From an uncultured virus (IMG/VR IMGVR_UViG_3300030108_000061) (Duplodnaviria > Heunggongvirae > Uroviricota > Caudoviricetes), in IMG/VR virus record IMGVR_UViG_3300030108_000061: a DNA stretch of 64,000 nt; one strand, given 5' to 3'. A program made the translations under genes and the position numbers. Every line of letters starts with the position of its first letter. Within the stretch, counting starts at the first letter, position 1. The notes below the pieces were generated by a model that saw nothing but the letters and a program-made list of their open reading frames with translations, searched no databases and was not told the DNA's origin. Of this stretch, positions 28,413 through 37,614 are shown piece after piece.

Positions 28413-30468
28413 TAAATCCTTGTTCTTGCGGTGTTGGTGCTTGTCCTGTGCCTATAGTGCCACCCCCTGCTCCTGTCGGGTCTGCAGGGTCAGCACCTGC
28501 TGGTGCTTGTTCAGGTTGCTGTTGTTGAAAACCTTTCATTAGTTCTGCTTGTAATGCAGCTTCATCCATATTATTAGTTACTTTATCTGGGTCAAGATCA
28601 AGAGACTTTGCAATCTCTCTAATAATATATTGAAACTTAGCAAATGGTGCTAAAGCTGGACTAGAGGCAATTTGCATAAACTGCATTAATCTTTGACTAC
28701 GTACTTCATTAGCCATAAGACTTTCTGTACCACGTGCCTTTACTTCTAAATCCCCTTTTATTTCTGGGTCGTAATCAAATTGCATATTAAATCTAAATAA
28801 ACCCTCACCAAGAGGGCGTAATAAATAGTCATCTACATTTTTAATTACGTTTTTTATACCGCCTTGAGCAGCACCCATAAGCATACTGATACCAGAAGCA
28901 GTACGGCCCACACCACTGACGCCTGTTTGACCATGTGCAAAAGATGGGAATCCAGTTGATTCATCTGCTAATACCCTCGCTTTATCAAATAGTTGCAAAT
29001 TTTCTGCGGCAACATTAGGAAACTTTGTGCCAAAGATAGCTTGACCTGGAGCACCACCTTGTCTCCTAAATATCTTGCCTGGATATACACTAAGGTCTTG
29101 GCCTGGGACTAAATTAGTTTCATCTACCTCTATAAGAAGATTACCTGATAGCACAGCATTATCTACCGCCATACGCATGAACCCATTCATAAGAGTCTGT
29201 GTATCATCCATATTTTCTGCTATGCCTACCCCAAAGAATGAATAAGGATTTAATTCATACGGTGCAGCCATATATGGGATATTAGCAGGTTTAAATGGAT
29301 TAAGAACCATACGCAATAATTTGCCGTTACAAATCCAAATATTCGCTTGTAACTCATCTACATCTTGTAAGTCATCTGGTATATCTACGCCTTGCTCTAA
29401 AAGCATAGCAGTATCTGCTGTACCCCAATATTCTAAAACCTCATAGCGATATGTGCCATAGTCAGACATATAATCTTCTAGGTCATTTTCCCAATATTCT
29501 TTTTGATAATTTTCACCTAGTTCTATTGCTTCTTCAATAACTGTAGGTCTAAAATAAGGTCTGCGCTTTAATGCACGTAATTGTGAGCGAGACATCTTAT
29601 GCCTTTCAATTACATACTGTGCCTCTTCTATATTAATAGCATCAGGATCAGGATAAAAGTTCCACACAGAAACATGTGATACTTGTGGTATAGTTTTTAT
29701 TAAAGGAGAATATTCACCTGTTTCATCCCAATTAGGATATTCTTTATCAATAGCAAATGGCCCCTTCATCACACCAGTTCCAAATAGCGCCATTTCAAAC
29801 GCTGTACTACGTAAATGTTTACTAGCTCCAGATTCCTCTAGTTGATCGTGTATCTTTTTTTGCATCATTTTAGCCGCCACCATAGCAGGGCTAAATGTAA
29901 TTGAAGTAGGTGTTTTACCTACGCCTTCACGTAATCCTTCAATATCACCTAGTTTATCTTTTAGTGGCCCTAAACTTTCTAATAAAGTTTTTTGTGTTGC
30001 TCCTGCTGGCAAATCATTGCCATCTCCCTTAAATCCATATGGGCTAACAGGATCATTTATAGTATTCTCTTTTAATTGTTCTGGTTCTTTAGGGTCGAAG
30101 TTAACATCTGCAACTACGCCATCAGGTAATTCTGTTGGATCTACTGTTAATGGAAACTTTTGACTTGCAAATAATACATCTACAATTTGACCATATGCTG
30201 CAAGTGTTTTTGTTTTAGTTACCTTAATAAATACTCTTGACCTTTCTGCCTCTGTAAACTGAACGTCAGGGCCATATAAACCTCTATAATTTCTATAAGC
30301 TCTTAGCCAACGATGCTCGTCTTGTTGCCTAGATGTTTCTGCACGATTATATCGTTCCATAACATATGGAATAATATTAGATGTCTCATAGTCCTCTGTA
30401 GCAGAATCCTCACTATCCGCTAAGACAACTGCATCATCCTCTATAAAACCTTGATCATTATCTTCCAT
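28330..30468 (-). CDS. Portal protein
   Basis: RWLRAYRNYRG, SRVFIKVTKTK, FGTGVMKGP and RTASGISML motifs; follows the terminase. Confidence 0.9.
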   Translation of the reverse strand: MEDNDQGFIEDDAVVLADSEDSATEDYETSNIIPYVMERYNRAETSRQQDEHRWLRAYRNYRGLYGPDVQFTEAERSRVFIKVTKTKTLAAYGQIVDVLFASQKFPLTVDPTELPDGVVADVNFDPKEPEQLKENTINDPVSPYGFKGDGNDLPAGATQKTLLESLGPLKDKLGDIEGLREGVGKTPTSITFSPAMVAAKMMQKKIHDQLEESGASKHLRSTAFEMALFGTGVMKGPFAIDKEYPNWDETGEYSPLIKTIPQVSHVSVWNFYPDPDAINIEEAQYVIERHKMSRSQLRALKRRPYFRPTVIEEAIELGENYQKEYWENDLEDYMSDYGTYRYEVLEYWGTADTAMLLEQGVDIPDDLQDVDELQANIWICNGKLLRMVLNPFKPANIPYMAAPYELNPYSFFGVGIAENMDDTQTLMNGFMRMAVDNAVLSGNLLIEVDETNLVPGQDLSVYPGKIFRRQGGAPGQAIFGTKFPNVAAENLQLFDKARVLADESTGFPSFAHGQTGVSGVGRTASGISMLMGAAQGGIKNVIKNVDDYLLRPLGEGLFRFNMQFDYDPEIKGDLEVKARGTESLMANEVRSQRLMQFMQIASSPALAPFAKFQYIIREIAKSLDLDPDKVTNNMDEAALQAELMKGFQQQQPEQAPAGADPADPTGAGGGTIGTGQAPTPQEQGFSGNEQQQGAPQQAEGAGEQPEAMGPVQ

Positions 30469-30480
30469 TAGTTTTCCTTA

Positions 30481-32055
30481 TTAATATCCAAACACTGAAT
30501 CTGCAACTTGCATCCCTTGTGATGGTACGCCCATGGGATCATAATCAAATATACTAAATCGTGGTCTTGACATTATACCGTATCTTAGTGCATCGTACAA
30601 GTGATCTTCTGATGCGGTATCAATATCTTCAGGATTCTTTTTATCAATAGGCAAAGCTGGCAATTGAGATATTAGATTTGTACAAGTATTAAAAAATACT
30701 AATCTAGGTTCTTCTGTAAACTCATCCACCTGCAAACGTCTGTGTACTTCATTTTTTCCTGCAACTCTAGAGCCTTTTGATCTATCAGAGGGACGCCATC
30801 TACATCCTCTTATAATCATCTGTTCAGCAAGAGTAGGACCAGTATCGCCCCTACGATGCCACAAAGAAGAATCCAAAACTCCATATTTAATATTTCCATC
30901 TCCTGCCTCTAGATCTAGCACCATATCCGCTAAATCTGTAGCAAGAATTTTACTTACGTATAGTTCTCTGTAAACAACTAACTGCTCACTTGGAGATACT
31001 GCAAACCAAATCACCCCTGATTTACTACCATAACCATAGTCACAAGCTCTAAACTTTACCCAATTATTAGGTATATCATATGGCTCTACTACATGTATCT
31101 TTCTATCAAACTCTGTAAACGCTGCACCTTCTTTAATATCCCAATCACCGTCTAGTAACTGTCTACGTTGTTGTTCAGGCAACGATAGTAGCATTGCCTC
31201 ATAGTCACCTTGATTGGCTAGGTAAGGATTATCGGTAAGACGGGCAGGTATAAACCTACGCTTGAATAAAGGTTTGCCAGCTTTCGCATGTCCAGCAGGA
31301 TAACGTAAAACCTCACCCGTTTCAATATCCGTAGCATTAAAAGACTCTCCATGCGGTGCAGGATCAATAAACATTTTTTTGACCCAATGATGGCCCCGAC
31401 CTCCTGGGTTAGTAGTTGCCCTCATGTATACGGGCAGGTCGGGTGCAGTGGACCGTAGACGTGATCTCATGTAGTTCCACGAAAAGGGTGAAGGCCACTG
31501 AGTTAACTCGTCAAAGCCTATCCAGCTAAATGCTAGACCTTGGTATCGCAGGACGTCATCTTCCCTGTCTAGGTAGGACATCCACAATCTCGCACCAGAG
31601 GGCGCGGTCCACTGCATTTTTCGTTCAGACCACTTAATACCTTTCCAAATCTTAGGGTACATCTCCTGTGATTTAAATATAAGTTCTCTAAGTTCTTCTG
31701 TGGTATGACGTAAAAGTAACCCTGAAAAATCTGGATGTCCCATATATCGTAGAGGATCAGCTAACATTGCGTATGACTTACCACCACCAGCCGAACCACC
31801 ATATAATACTTCACGTTCACCTGCTGCAAGAAAGTCTGTCTGGGGGCCATCGTTAGGTTTAAAAACTACGTTGTGCTGTTCTTCTACAGGTATTTCAGTT
31901 AATATAGTGTTAGGCTGCGTCTGCGCTGTCCTCTTTCTTTTTACTGTCGATTCTTTTTTGTTCAAGGGCTTCCGCTTTGGCGATTGCCTTTTTCGCATAT
32001 TCTGCCCATCTGCGTAGGCTTCTAGCTTTGTTGTTCCTTGTTCGCTCATTATCAA
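30481..32055 (-). CDS. terL: Terminase large subunit (exact start uncertain)
   Basis: Walker A YGGSAGGGKS, Walker B IGFDE, ATTNPGG, nuclease-domain DYG and DHLYDALRY. Confidence 0.95.
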   Translation of the reverse strand: MIMSEQGTTKLEAYADGQNMRKRQSPKRKPLNKKESTVKRKRTAQTQPNTILTEIPVEEQHNVVFKPNDGPQTDFLAAGEREVLYGGSAGGGKSYAMLADPLRYMGHPDFSGLLLRHTTEELRELIFKSQEMYPKIWKGIKWSERKMQWTAPSGARLWMSYLDREDDVLRYQGLAFSWIGFDELTQWPSPFSWNYMRSRLRSTAPDLPVYMRATTNPGGRGHHWVKKMFIDPAPHGESFNATDIETGEVLRYPAGHAKAGKPLFKRRFIPARLTDNPYLANQGDYEAMLLSLPEQQRRQLLDGDWDIKEGAAFTEFDRKIHVVEPYDIPNNWVKFRACDYGYGSKSGVIWFAVSPSEQLVVYRELYVSKILATDLADMVLDLEAGDGNIKYGVLDSSLWHRRGDTGPTLAEQMIIRGCRWRPSDRSKGSRVAGKNEVHRRLQVDEFTEEPRLVFFNTCTNLISQLPALPIDKKNPEDIDTASEDHLYDALRYGIMSRPRFSIFDYDPMGVPSQGMQVADSVFGY

Positions 32056-32326
32056 GCCGCTTCCTTAATCCTACATGAGAAATATACCTACCTGTATTTT
32101 TAGATAGCCAGTTAGCAACTTCACGATATGAATATTGCTTTAAATATTTCTTAGCCTGTTGTAACTTATCTAGCTGGTCGGGTATAGGTGCTAGAACATC
32201 ATTATCTTCAGGGTGTAGTTCATAGCCAAACGGGACAGTTCGTGCGATGCGAGGGATTTCTATCCACTCATTGTCTTCTTGTATATCTGTTGGTTGAGGT
32301 AATTTCCAACGTCCTGTTTTAATCAA
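31910..32326 (-). CDS. Putative HTH DNA-binding protein in the packaging module
   Basis: RTVPFGY and YSYREVANWL...GRYISHVGLRKR. Confidence 0.6.
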   Translation of the reverse strand: MIKTGRWKLPQPTDIQEDNEWIEIPRIARTVPFGYELHPEDNDVLAPIPDQLDKLQQAKKYLKQYSYREVANWLSKNTGRYISHVGLRKRLDNERTRNNKARSLRRWAEYAKKAIAKAEALEQKRIDSKKKEDSADAA

Positions 32327-32691
32327 TCTTCTTCTACCTGTTTAGGTGGCATAAGCATAACTCCACCCTTTGCTTCCACTTGCATTTTCTCTGTCTTAAC
32401 AAGACCTGTGCGGTCTAACAACTCTTTTGCTGCTTGCATCTTATCACGTATACCTAACTCTGTTGGGTCCATTAGTGCTCCTACCATTGCAACTGCTGCA
32501 CGTGGTGCATTACGTGACATATACATTTGTGTAGCTTCAAGTATCTCTTCTTTTAAACTATTAACAATGTGTGTAGTAGATGTAGTCTCAGCATAGCCAG
32601 CTAGTTTTTTAGCTTGAGCCACACTACCTGCTGCCTGATCAAACAATGCATCTAAAAACTTTTGTTGTTGTTCTGTTAATTTTCTAGCCAT
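32323..32691 (-). CDS. Putative terminase small subunit
   Basis: LTEQQQKFLD..F...A...AGY N-terminus, AAKELLDRTG, C-terminal LMPPK. Confidence 0.6.
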   Translation of the reverse strand: MARKLTEQQQKFLDALFDQAAGSVAQAKKLAGYAETTSTTHIVNSLKEEILEATQMYMSRNAPRAAVAMVGALMDPTELGIRDKMQAAKELLDRTGLVKTEKMQVEAKGGVMLMPPKQVEED

Positions 32692-33143
32692 TACATCATC
32701 TCAAAATGTGGTGCATCAATAAAAGGTCTGCGTCCTTGTGATCTACGCAAGTCTATATAGTTATTCATTGCGTCCTCTGCAGTCCCTTGATACATTCTAA
32801 TATCACCCTCTGACCAAGCTGCACCCCACTTGATAGGAATTGATATACGTCTAGCTGCCTCTGCAAATGCATCACAGATATCATCATATACATTTAGTTC
32901 CCAAGAAATATCAGAACCAAAATATGCTACAACATCTACGGCTCTACCATCAAGATGTTTAGATTTCATAGTTTGTGATCTGCCAGAGTCAAATAGCTTT
33001 TGCTGCTCTTCTAGTGTACGTAAACCATAGGTCACACCAAAGTCTACCTTAGTTAACTTAATAGCTTCCATAACTACAGCTACAAGATCTTTCTCTACAC
33101 CTTCTAATTTACGAATACTTCTTGCACTTAATTTAAATGTCAT
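32691..33143 (-). CDS. Endolysin, peptidase M15 family
   Basis: GLRT..EQ, SKHLDGRAVD, WG and DAPHFE motifs. Confidence 0.9.
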   Translation of the reverse strand: MTFKLSARSIRKLEGVEKDLVAVVMEAIKLTKVDFGVTYGLRTLEEQQKLFDSGRSQTMKSKHLDGRAVDVVAYFGSDISWELNVYDDICDAFAEAARRISIPIKWGAAWSEGDIRMYQGTAEDAMNNYIDLRRSQGRRPFIDAPHFEMM

Positions 33144-33529
33144 TTATTTTTCCCAAAAAACTTAGTAGCTGATCTTACACCAAAACTAGCAGCCACAATA
33201 ACTCCAAGTGTGTATTGATACCACTCTGGCATAGACTCAAGTGCTACAAAACCATTAGCAACTATCTCTCTACCCCAATCTCCTGTAAACACAAGTACAA
33301 GAGGTATTGAAAATAAAATTGTCAGCCACTCGTCTTTCCACGAAGACTGACTTCCTTGTGCCATAATTTTTTCCCAATCAGCCTCAGATGTTGCGGCTGA
33401 CTTCATTATAGTTGCTTTTGCCTCTGCCTCTACAAGTTTAAGATTACTTGCCGCAGCTTGTACATCTGCTTTACCTTTTAACCAACCACCAGCTAGTTCT
33501 GCTATTGGTCCTATTAACGCTTGGATCAT
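33140..33529 (-). CDS. Holin (GTA-type 3TM-like)
   Basis: SWKDEW, MPEWYQY and ASFGVR motifs; TM segments; adjacent to the endolysin. Confidence 0.75.
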   Translation of the reverse strand: MIQALIGPIAELAGGWLKGKADVQAAASNLKLVEAEAKATIMKSAATSEADWEKIMAQGSQSSWKDEWLTILFSIPLVLVFTGDWGREIVANGFVALESMPEWYQYTLGVIVAASFGVRSATKFFGKNK

Positions 33530-33735
33530 AATGCTATTCCTTTTGATTCTTTAGCAAAAGACATTTCTACACACTTAGTAATTACAAAAGAGTCTGGAGT
33601 AGGTTTAGAAACTTCTAGTTTTTGTAATAATACTACCTCTGCAACTTCACACATCTCTTGATTTGGATATAATATTTGATCTGAAGCTACCTTGTGATCT
33701 CCACCTGCAAACATTAATAAAACAATTACATACAT
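33526..33735 (-). CDS. Small protein with hydrophobic N-terminus and two Cys
   Basis: Translationally coupled ORF in the lysis block. Confidence 0.55.
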   Translation of the reverse strand: MYVIVLLMFAGGDHKVASDQILYPNQEMCEVAEVVLLQKLEVSKPTPDSFVITKCVEMSFAKESKGIAL

Positions 33736-33950
33736 TATTTTGTACCTCTATCAGTCTTAGCTTCTTTATTCATCCAGATGCCAAAGCATCCTGTTAAAGC
33801 TCCCATACAAACAGATACAAGTCCTGCTTGTCCATTAGTAGGATCGGGTAAAGACATATACCAATGAACAGATTGATATGTTAATATAGTTACAACTAAC
33901 ATCATTAGTCTTGGAAATATTTTATAGTCATCTATTATTGTACTTGCCAT
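33735..33950 (-). CDS. Small two-TM membrane protein
   Basis: FPRLMM...WYMSLPDPT..QAGLVSV..GA.TG.FGIW. Confidence 0.7.
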   Translation of the reverse strand: MASTIIDDYKIFPRLMMLVVTILTYQSVHWYMSLPDPTNGQAGLVSVCMGALTGCFGIWMNKEAKTDRGTK

Positions 33951-33959
33951 ACTATTTTC

Positions 33960-34190
33960 CTATGCCACAACAAAGTCTACATTGCGTCCCTGTCTAGGAT
34001 ACATTTTGTTTCTATTGTGTGGATGATATGCATATGCATCCTCATACCTATATTTATCTGCTTTTTTATCCATGGCTGTTTTTGAAGCCTCAACTATTTC
34101 TTGTTTAGTTGTAGACTCTGTTGTTTTTGTTTTATTAAAAGGCATTTGTGGCAAAGGCAAATAATCTAATAAACCTGTACTTATATTCAC
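33960..34190 (-). CDS. Hypothetical protein
   Basis: ORF fits the operon spacing. Confidence 0.55.
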   Translation of the reverse strand: MNISTGLLDYLPLPQMPFNKTKTTESTTKQEIVEASKTAMDKKADKYRYEDAYAYHPHNRNKMYPRQGRNVDFVVA

Positions 34191-34193
34191 GGT

Positions 34194-34439
34194 TTAAGTC
34201 CTTCTAAATCTAGCAGTTTTCTTTGCGATCTTTTTAGGTTGAGCCACAAACTGCTTACCTGCCTTCGTGCCTTTTCGTTTGGCTCTTGAAGTAGCTGCAT
34301 ACTCAGCAGCACTGAGAGACTTAATAGCAGCAGTAGGGAGATAACGTTCTCCCGTTTTAGCGCTGGGCTTGCCACTCTTAGTTCTCCACTTTTGTTTAGT
34401 CCAATCCTTTAGACTTTTTTGAGATTTTTTTAGGGCCAT
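34194..34439 (-). CDS. Small basic protein (C-terminal half of DUF5872-like proteins)
   Basis: SQKSLKDWTKQKWRTKSGK....GERYLP..A. Confidence 0.7.
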   Translation of the reverse strand: MALKKSQKSLKDWTKQKWRTKSGKPSAKTGERYLPTAAIKSLSAAEYAATSRAKRKGTKAGKQFVAQPKKIAKKTARFRRT

Positions 34440-34514
34440 TTAACAACAGTCACACTCTGGATTACACTTACGATTAATTAAAGCACACCAAAGTCTTTTT
34501 AAATAACGCATCAT
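34440..34514 (-). CDS. 24-aa Cys-rich micro-ORF (not in ORF track)
   Basis: MMRYLKRLWCALINRKCNPECDCC*; start overlaps the upstream stop and stop abuts the downstream start. Confidence 0.55.
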   Translation of the reverse strand: MMRYLKRLWCALINRKCNPECDCC

Positions 34515-34693
34515 TATTTGTATCCCCCTCCTGCTTTTTTATAAGCAGAGGCCAGCATTTGAGCTTTTCTTGCCGACCACTGCCCAGGTTTACCGCCCTT
34601 GCTGCCAGCTTTTATTCTGGCAAATTGTCTTTTACGCATGGCTGGCTTAGTGTAGTTTCCAGCCTTGTTTACTGTAGATTTACTTTTAGCCAT
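34514..34693 (-). CDS. 59-aa basic protein, DUF5872-like (not in ORF track)
   Basis: NYTKPAMRK...KGGKPGQWSARKAQMLASAYKKAGGGYK. Confidence 0.75.
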   Translation of the reverse strand: MAKSKSTVNKAGNYTKPAMRKRQFARIKAGSKGGKPGQWSARKAQMLASAYKKAGGGYK

Positions 34694-35124
34694 TAAAACC
34701 TCTCGACATACTTAGCTATCTGCGAACAAAAAGGTAATAAAGCTATTGCCATCATTAAGTTTGCACCTGTATGTATTATAGCTATTCTTAGTGTATCGCC
34801 TTTTGGCATACCGTCACTAACGAAAAAACCTGCAAGCCAAATTGTTCCAGTTGTTCCTATGTTTGCTCCAAGCACTGCTGCTATTGCAGCAGGTAAAGGT
34901 AAAGCACCAGAAGCAACTAAAGCTATGATCGCAGTAGTGCTAAGAGAGCTAGACTGCCAAGCTAGGGTCATTGCTATCCCACCTATGAACATATAGATAG
35001 GGTTGCCTAGAAACCATTGCAAGTGTTCTATATTACCCATGTTTTTCATGCCACCACTAAATAATTTTAGTCCTACATAAAAAACAAATAAACCGCCTAA
35101 AGCTTGTATTGGTGGTGATAGCAT
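34693..35124 (-). CDS. Half-size Na+/phosphate cotransporter (NptA/SLC34 family, single repeat)
   Basis: QSSSLST and GANIGTT signature motifs in a hydrophobic 143-aa protein; RBS AGAGGA. Confidence 0.8.
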   Translation of the reverse strand: MLSPPIQALGGLFVFYVGLKLFSGGMKNMGNIEHLQWFLGNPIYMFIGGIAMTLAWQSSSLSTTAIIALVASGALPLPAAIAAVLGANIGTTGTIWLAGFFVSDGMPKGDTLRIAIIHTGANLMMAIALLPFCSQIAKYVERF

Positions 35125-35140
35125 TTCATTTATCCTCTAC

Positions 35141-35302
35141 TTAATATGGTTTCCAGCTTTGTTCACCGTAGATTTTCTGATAAATTTCGCAACGACTTAT
35201 CCCTATATCTTTTAATGCCCTATTTGACATATTTTGCAGTTGCCAATAAGCAACTCTATTTTCTTGTGATTTTTTTAAATAATTATATATTCTTTTTAGC
35301 AT
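35141..35302 (-). CDS. DUF1127 (YjiS-like) small protein, 53 aa (not in ORF track)
   Basis: ...QLQNMSNRALKDIGISRCEI... matches the L..MSD..L.DIG.SR.EI pattern; RBS AAGGAG. Confidence 0.8.
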   Translation of the reverse strand: MLKRIYNYLKKSQENRVAYWQLQNMSNRALKDIGISRCEIYQKIYGEQSWKPY

Positions 35303-35342
35303 TTCTATCTCCTTAATTTGTAAGCCTCAACTTACTAGAGAT

Positions 35343-35387
35343 AGTTATAACATATTTAGTTATAACATAAAATGCACAATGTTGCAA
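35343..35387 (-). promoter_or_regulatory. Promoter-like element with tandem GTTATAAC palindromes upstream of the DUF1127 gene
   Basis: TTGCAA-N17-TATAACTA; ATGTTATAACTA repeated twice with a 15-nt period. Confidence 0.5.
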
Positions 35388-35410
35388 CCCCGTTATGATA
35401 GGATTGCAAC
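35381..35410 (-). terminator. Hairpin after 35435..35950, possible terminator
   Basis: GUUGCAAUCC / GGGUUGCAAC stem on the minus strand; weak U-tail. Confidence 0.35.
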
Positions 35411-35434
35411 TGTTTTAAATTACTATGACCTCAT

Positions 35435-35950
35435 TTAGTCAAAGTTATGGGTTACAGTACCATCACCAAATAGATGTCCTGTTACCATCCAAATAGCATC
35501 AGTGATAGCCACGCAACTTACGTAACCACCAAGAAAACGTCCATCTGCATCTGAGTTTAAAATCAACTGATGGTCTGCGGCAGCAGGTACGTTAAAACCA
35601 TTTGTATCTACATTTTCATTAAGAGCAACTGCAGTACCTACATCATCTTTATCCATATGCAAAATTACACCTTGCATAGTATCTGCATCACTTGCAGCAG
35701 AAATAGTGTAGCTATTTGATGTGCCTGTTGTTCCAATATGAAAGTCATAATACAATCCTGCCTCTGCAGCAGGAAGTGTTACCACAATACCTGCAGCACG
35801 ATTCAGAGTAAAAATTGTGCCTGATTCTGCTGCTGTTACTGTTTTAGTTGCATCAGTAAGACTAGTTACTGTTCGTTTCATTGTTGTAAAAGAAATGTTT
35901 GGGTTTTGATAAACCTCAATACCTTCCTCTCGTGTTACTGATAGTGACAT
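35435..35950 (-). CDS. Putative virion decoration/fiber-like protein
   Basis: TKTVTAAESGTIFTL..AAGIVVTLPAA..GL.Y.F beta-rich pattern; RBS AAGGAGG. Confidence 0.55.
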   Translation of the reverse strand: MSLSVTREEGIEVYQNPNISFTTMKRTVTSLTDATKTVTAAESGTIFTLNRAAGIVVTLPAAEAGLYYDFHIGTTGTSNSYTISAASDADTMQGVILHMDKDDVGTAVALNENVDTNGFNVPAAADHQLILNSDADGRFLGGYVSCVAITDAIWMVTGHLFGDGTVTHNFD

Positions 35951-35964
35951 ATATTAAACCCTCC

Positions 35965-36165
35965 TTACACTTTCACCAGCTTATAGCCTTTGGCTTTAGC
36001 TGCTGCACGAATTTTTGCAAGTGTCATCATAGCAGAACCACCTTTTGCGTAACCCTTCTTCTTCATGCCGCCTCGTGCCATACCTTTCTTTTTCATACCA
36101 CCACGAGCCATACCTTTTTTCTTCATGCCTCCACGTGCCATGCCTTTCTTTTTATGCATTGCCAT
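35965..36165 (-). CDS. Small basic repeat protein (KKKGMARGGM)n
   Basis: Three MARGG units plus YAKGG; nucleotide repeats differ at synonymous positions; RBS AAGGAG. Confidence 0.8.
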   Translation of the reverse strand: MAMHKKKGMARGGMKKKGMARGGMKKKGMARGGMKKKGYAKGGSAMMTLAKIRAAAKAKGYKLVKV

Positions 36166-36167
36166 AG

Positions 36168-36851
36168 CTATTCATCTCCTTCGCTATATAAATTATTAAA
36201 CACTCGTTGCGTATCCCAAACGTAATTCACGTCTTCTTTCGAGTGAAATATATTTTGATTGGGCTTAAAATCAGGTGCGCCCTCTCCCATTTCAAACCAT
36301 GCAGGGTGAGTTACTCTCACTCTATTATTGGGTAACGCAACCATGTTACCAGTATATTCCCCTGCATCCAACAACTCAAGGACGTGAGATTGTTTATGTT
36401 GAGCAGGATCATCAGCTACTTCACTATCTGTGTAGTCTACAGTAAAATAATATTTAGCAGGATAGAACTCGTCATCTATCTTGGCAATCCAAGGTGCAGG
36501 AGTTGCACGATCTATTTTATAGACTGAATGCCAGTGGGACATACAGTCCCAAGGTTGCGCTAAATATGTAGGCAATGGCATAGGCCATTGTTCTAGTGGA
36601 GTATCTGCCACCAATGCTGTTAGTGGCATTCTAGCCCACATTGCACCGCCATGCACGTTAGGGCTATCTTCTTCATCGTCAGATTCACAACCTGTAAATA
36701 TGACCTGAAAACTTAATGTTCTGTTTGGCATTGTGGTGACTGCTACCACCATGCAATGTAAAAATTCACCATGATATTCCGACATATTCTTAGTATATTC
36801 ACGGCGTACCCATGCTTTGAAATAGGGTATGTTACTTTGTAGATACGGCAT
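36168..36851 (-). CDS. Conserved hypothetical phage protein (likely start ATG 36851)
   Basis: [32 protein letters not shown] and ALPNNRVR blocks. Confidence 0.7.
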   Translation of the reverse strand: MPYLQSNIPYFKAWVRREYTKNMSEYHGEFLHCMVVAVTTMPNRTLSFQVIFTGCESDDEEDSPNVHGGAMWARMPLTALVADTPLEQWPMPLPTYLAQPWDCMSHWHSVYKIDRATPAPWIAKIDDEFYPAKYYFTVDYTDSEVADDPAQHKQSHVLELLDAGEYTGNMVALPNNRVRVTHPAWFEMGEGAPDFKPNQNIFHSKEDVNYVWDTQRVFNNLYSEGDE

Positions 36852-37137
36852 TCTTTTTATGTTTCCTTCGCAAGTCTGATTTCCCTTGTTTAAAGACATT
36901 GGCTATGGCTGTCTTTCCCATAACTTTAGCACGTTGTTCACCAACTGTCAATATCTGAATCTTTCTTGCATAAGGTTTATTTATTCTTTTTACTTTTGCA
37001 ACTGTAGCTTTTGCATCTGCCATAGTTGCAAACTTAATAGGCACCGTATCTTTAGGGTTTTCGTCTGTATACAGCCTACGTCCAGACCCTTTAGGCTTTT
37101 TACCTGTTCCTACTTTTGGGTCTTTTCTTTTTGCCAT
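36832..37137 (-). CDS. Small basic hypothetical protein
   Basis: [32 protein letters not shown]. Confidence 0.7.
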   Translation of the reverse strand: MAKRKDPKVGTGKKPKGSGRRLYTDENPKDTVPIKFATMADAKATVAKVKRINKPYARKIQILTVGEQRAKVMGKTAIANVFKQGKSDLRRKHKKNAVSTK

Positions 37138-37261
37138 TTTTATTTTTACCTGCAGTGGTTAAAGCTATAGCTACAGCTTGCTTTTGTGGTTTGCCCTCTT
37201 TACGTAACATACTTATATTAGAGCTTATAGTCTTATTACTTTTTCCTTTTTTTAGTGGCAT
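37100..37261 (-). CDS. 53-aa basic protein (not in ORF track)
   Basis: [34 protein letters not shown]..., a pattern common in phage late regions. Confidence 0.7.
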   Translation of the reverse strand: MPLKKGKSNKTISSNISMLRKEGKPQKQAVAIALTTAGKNKNGKKKRPKSRNR

Positions 37262-37263
37262 TA

Positions 37264-37599
37264 TTAACGTCTTCGTGCTTGAACTCTTTGTCCACCTCTT
37301 GCCCCTCTAAGCATAGCTCTCTGTAAAGCACCAGCCCTACGCCCAAAAGGACTTCTTCTTCTTGGTGTTGGTCTTCCACCACGACTTGCTACTGCACCTG
37401 ATACTCTACCTCTTTGAGCACTTGCTCTATTACCACCAGCAGCTGCCTGTGTTGCTGCTGCTCGCTGTAAAGCCCCTGTTTTTTGCTTATTTGCTGTTGC
37501 TCTAGCTGCTTTTCTTTGGCGTAATGCACCCAACCCAGCAATCTTTTTTCCTCGCATTGAACCTACTGCACGTTTAGTGCGACCTCTTCCTCCAAGCAT
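37264..37599 (-). CDS. Arg/Gly/Ala-rich protamine-like protein
   Basis: 111 aa with no D or E; GALQRA repeated; RBS AAGGAG. Confidence 0.7.
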   Translation of the reverse strand: MLGGRGRTKRAVGSMRGKKIAGLGALRQRKAARATANKQKTGALQRAAATQAAAGGNRASAQRGRVSGAVASRGGRPTPRRRSPFGRRAGALQRAMLRGARGGQRVQARRR

Positions 37600-37614
37600 A
37601 GTTTCTCTCCTTAA

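Noticed and set aside
31910..32055. Programmed -1 frameshift fusing the HTH gene to the terminase large subunit
   Set aside because: A-rich runs are present, but the terminase frame is +1 relative to the upstream ORF; the terminase start remains uncertain
6520..32596. Many short + strand ORFs within the structural arm (and - strand ORFs within the replication arm)
   Set aside because: They are antisense shadows of long genes, with no RBS or recognisable motifs
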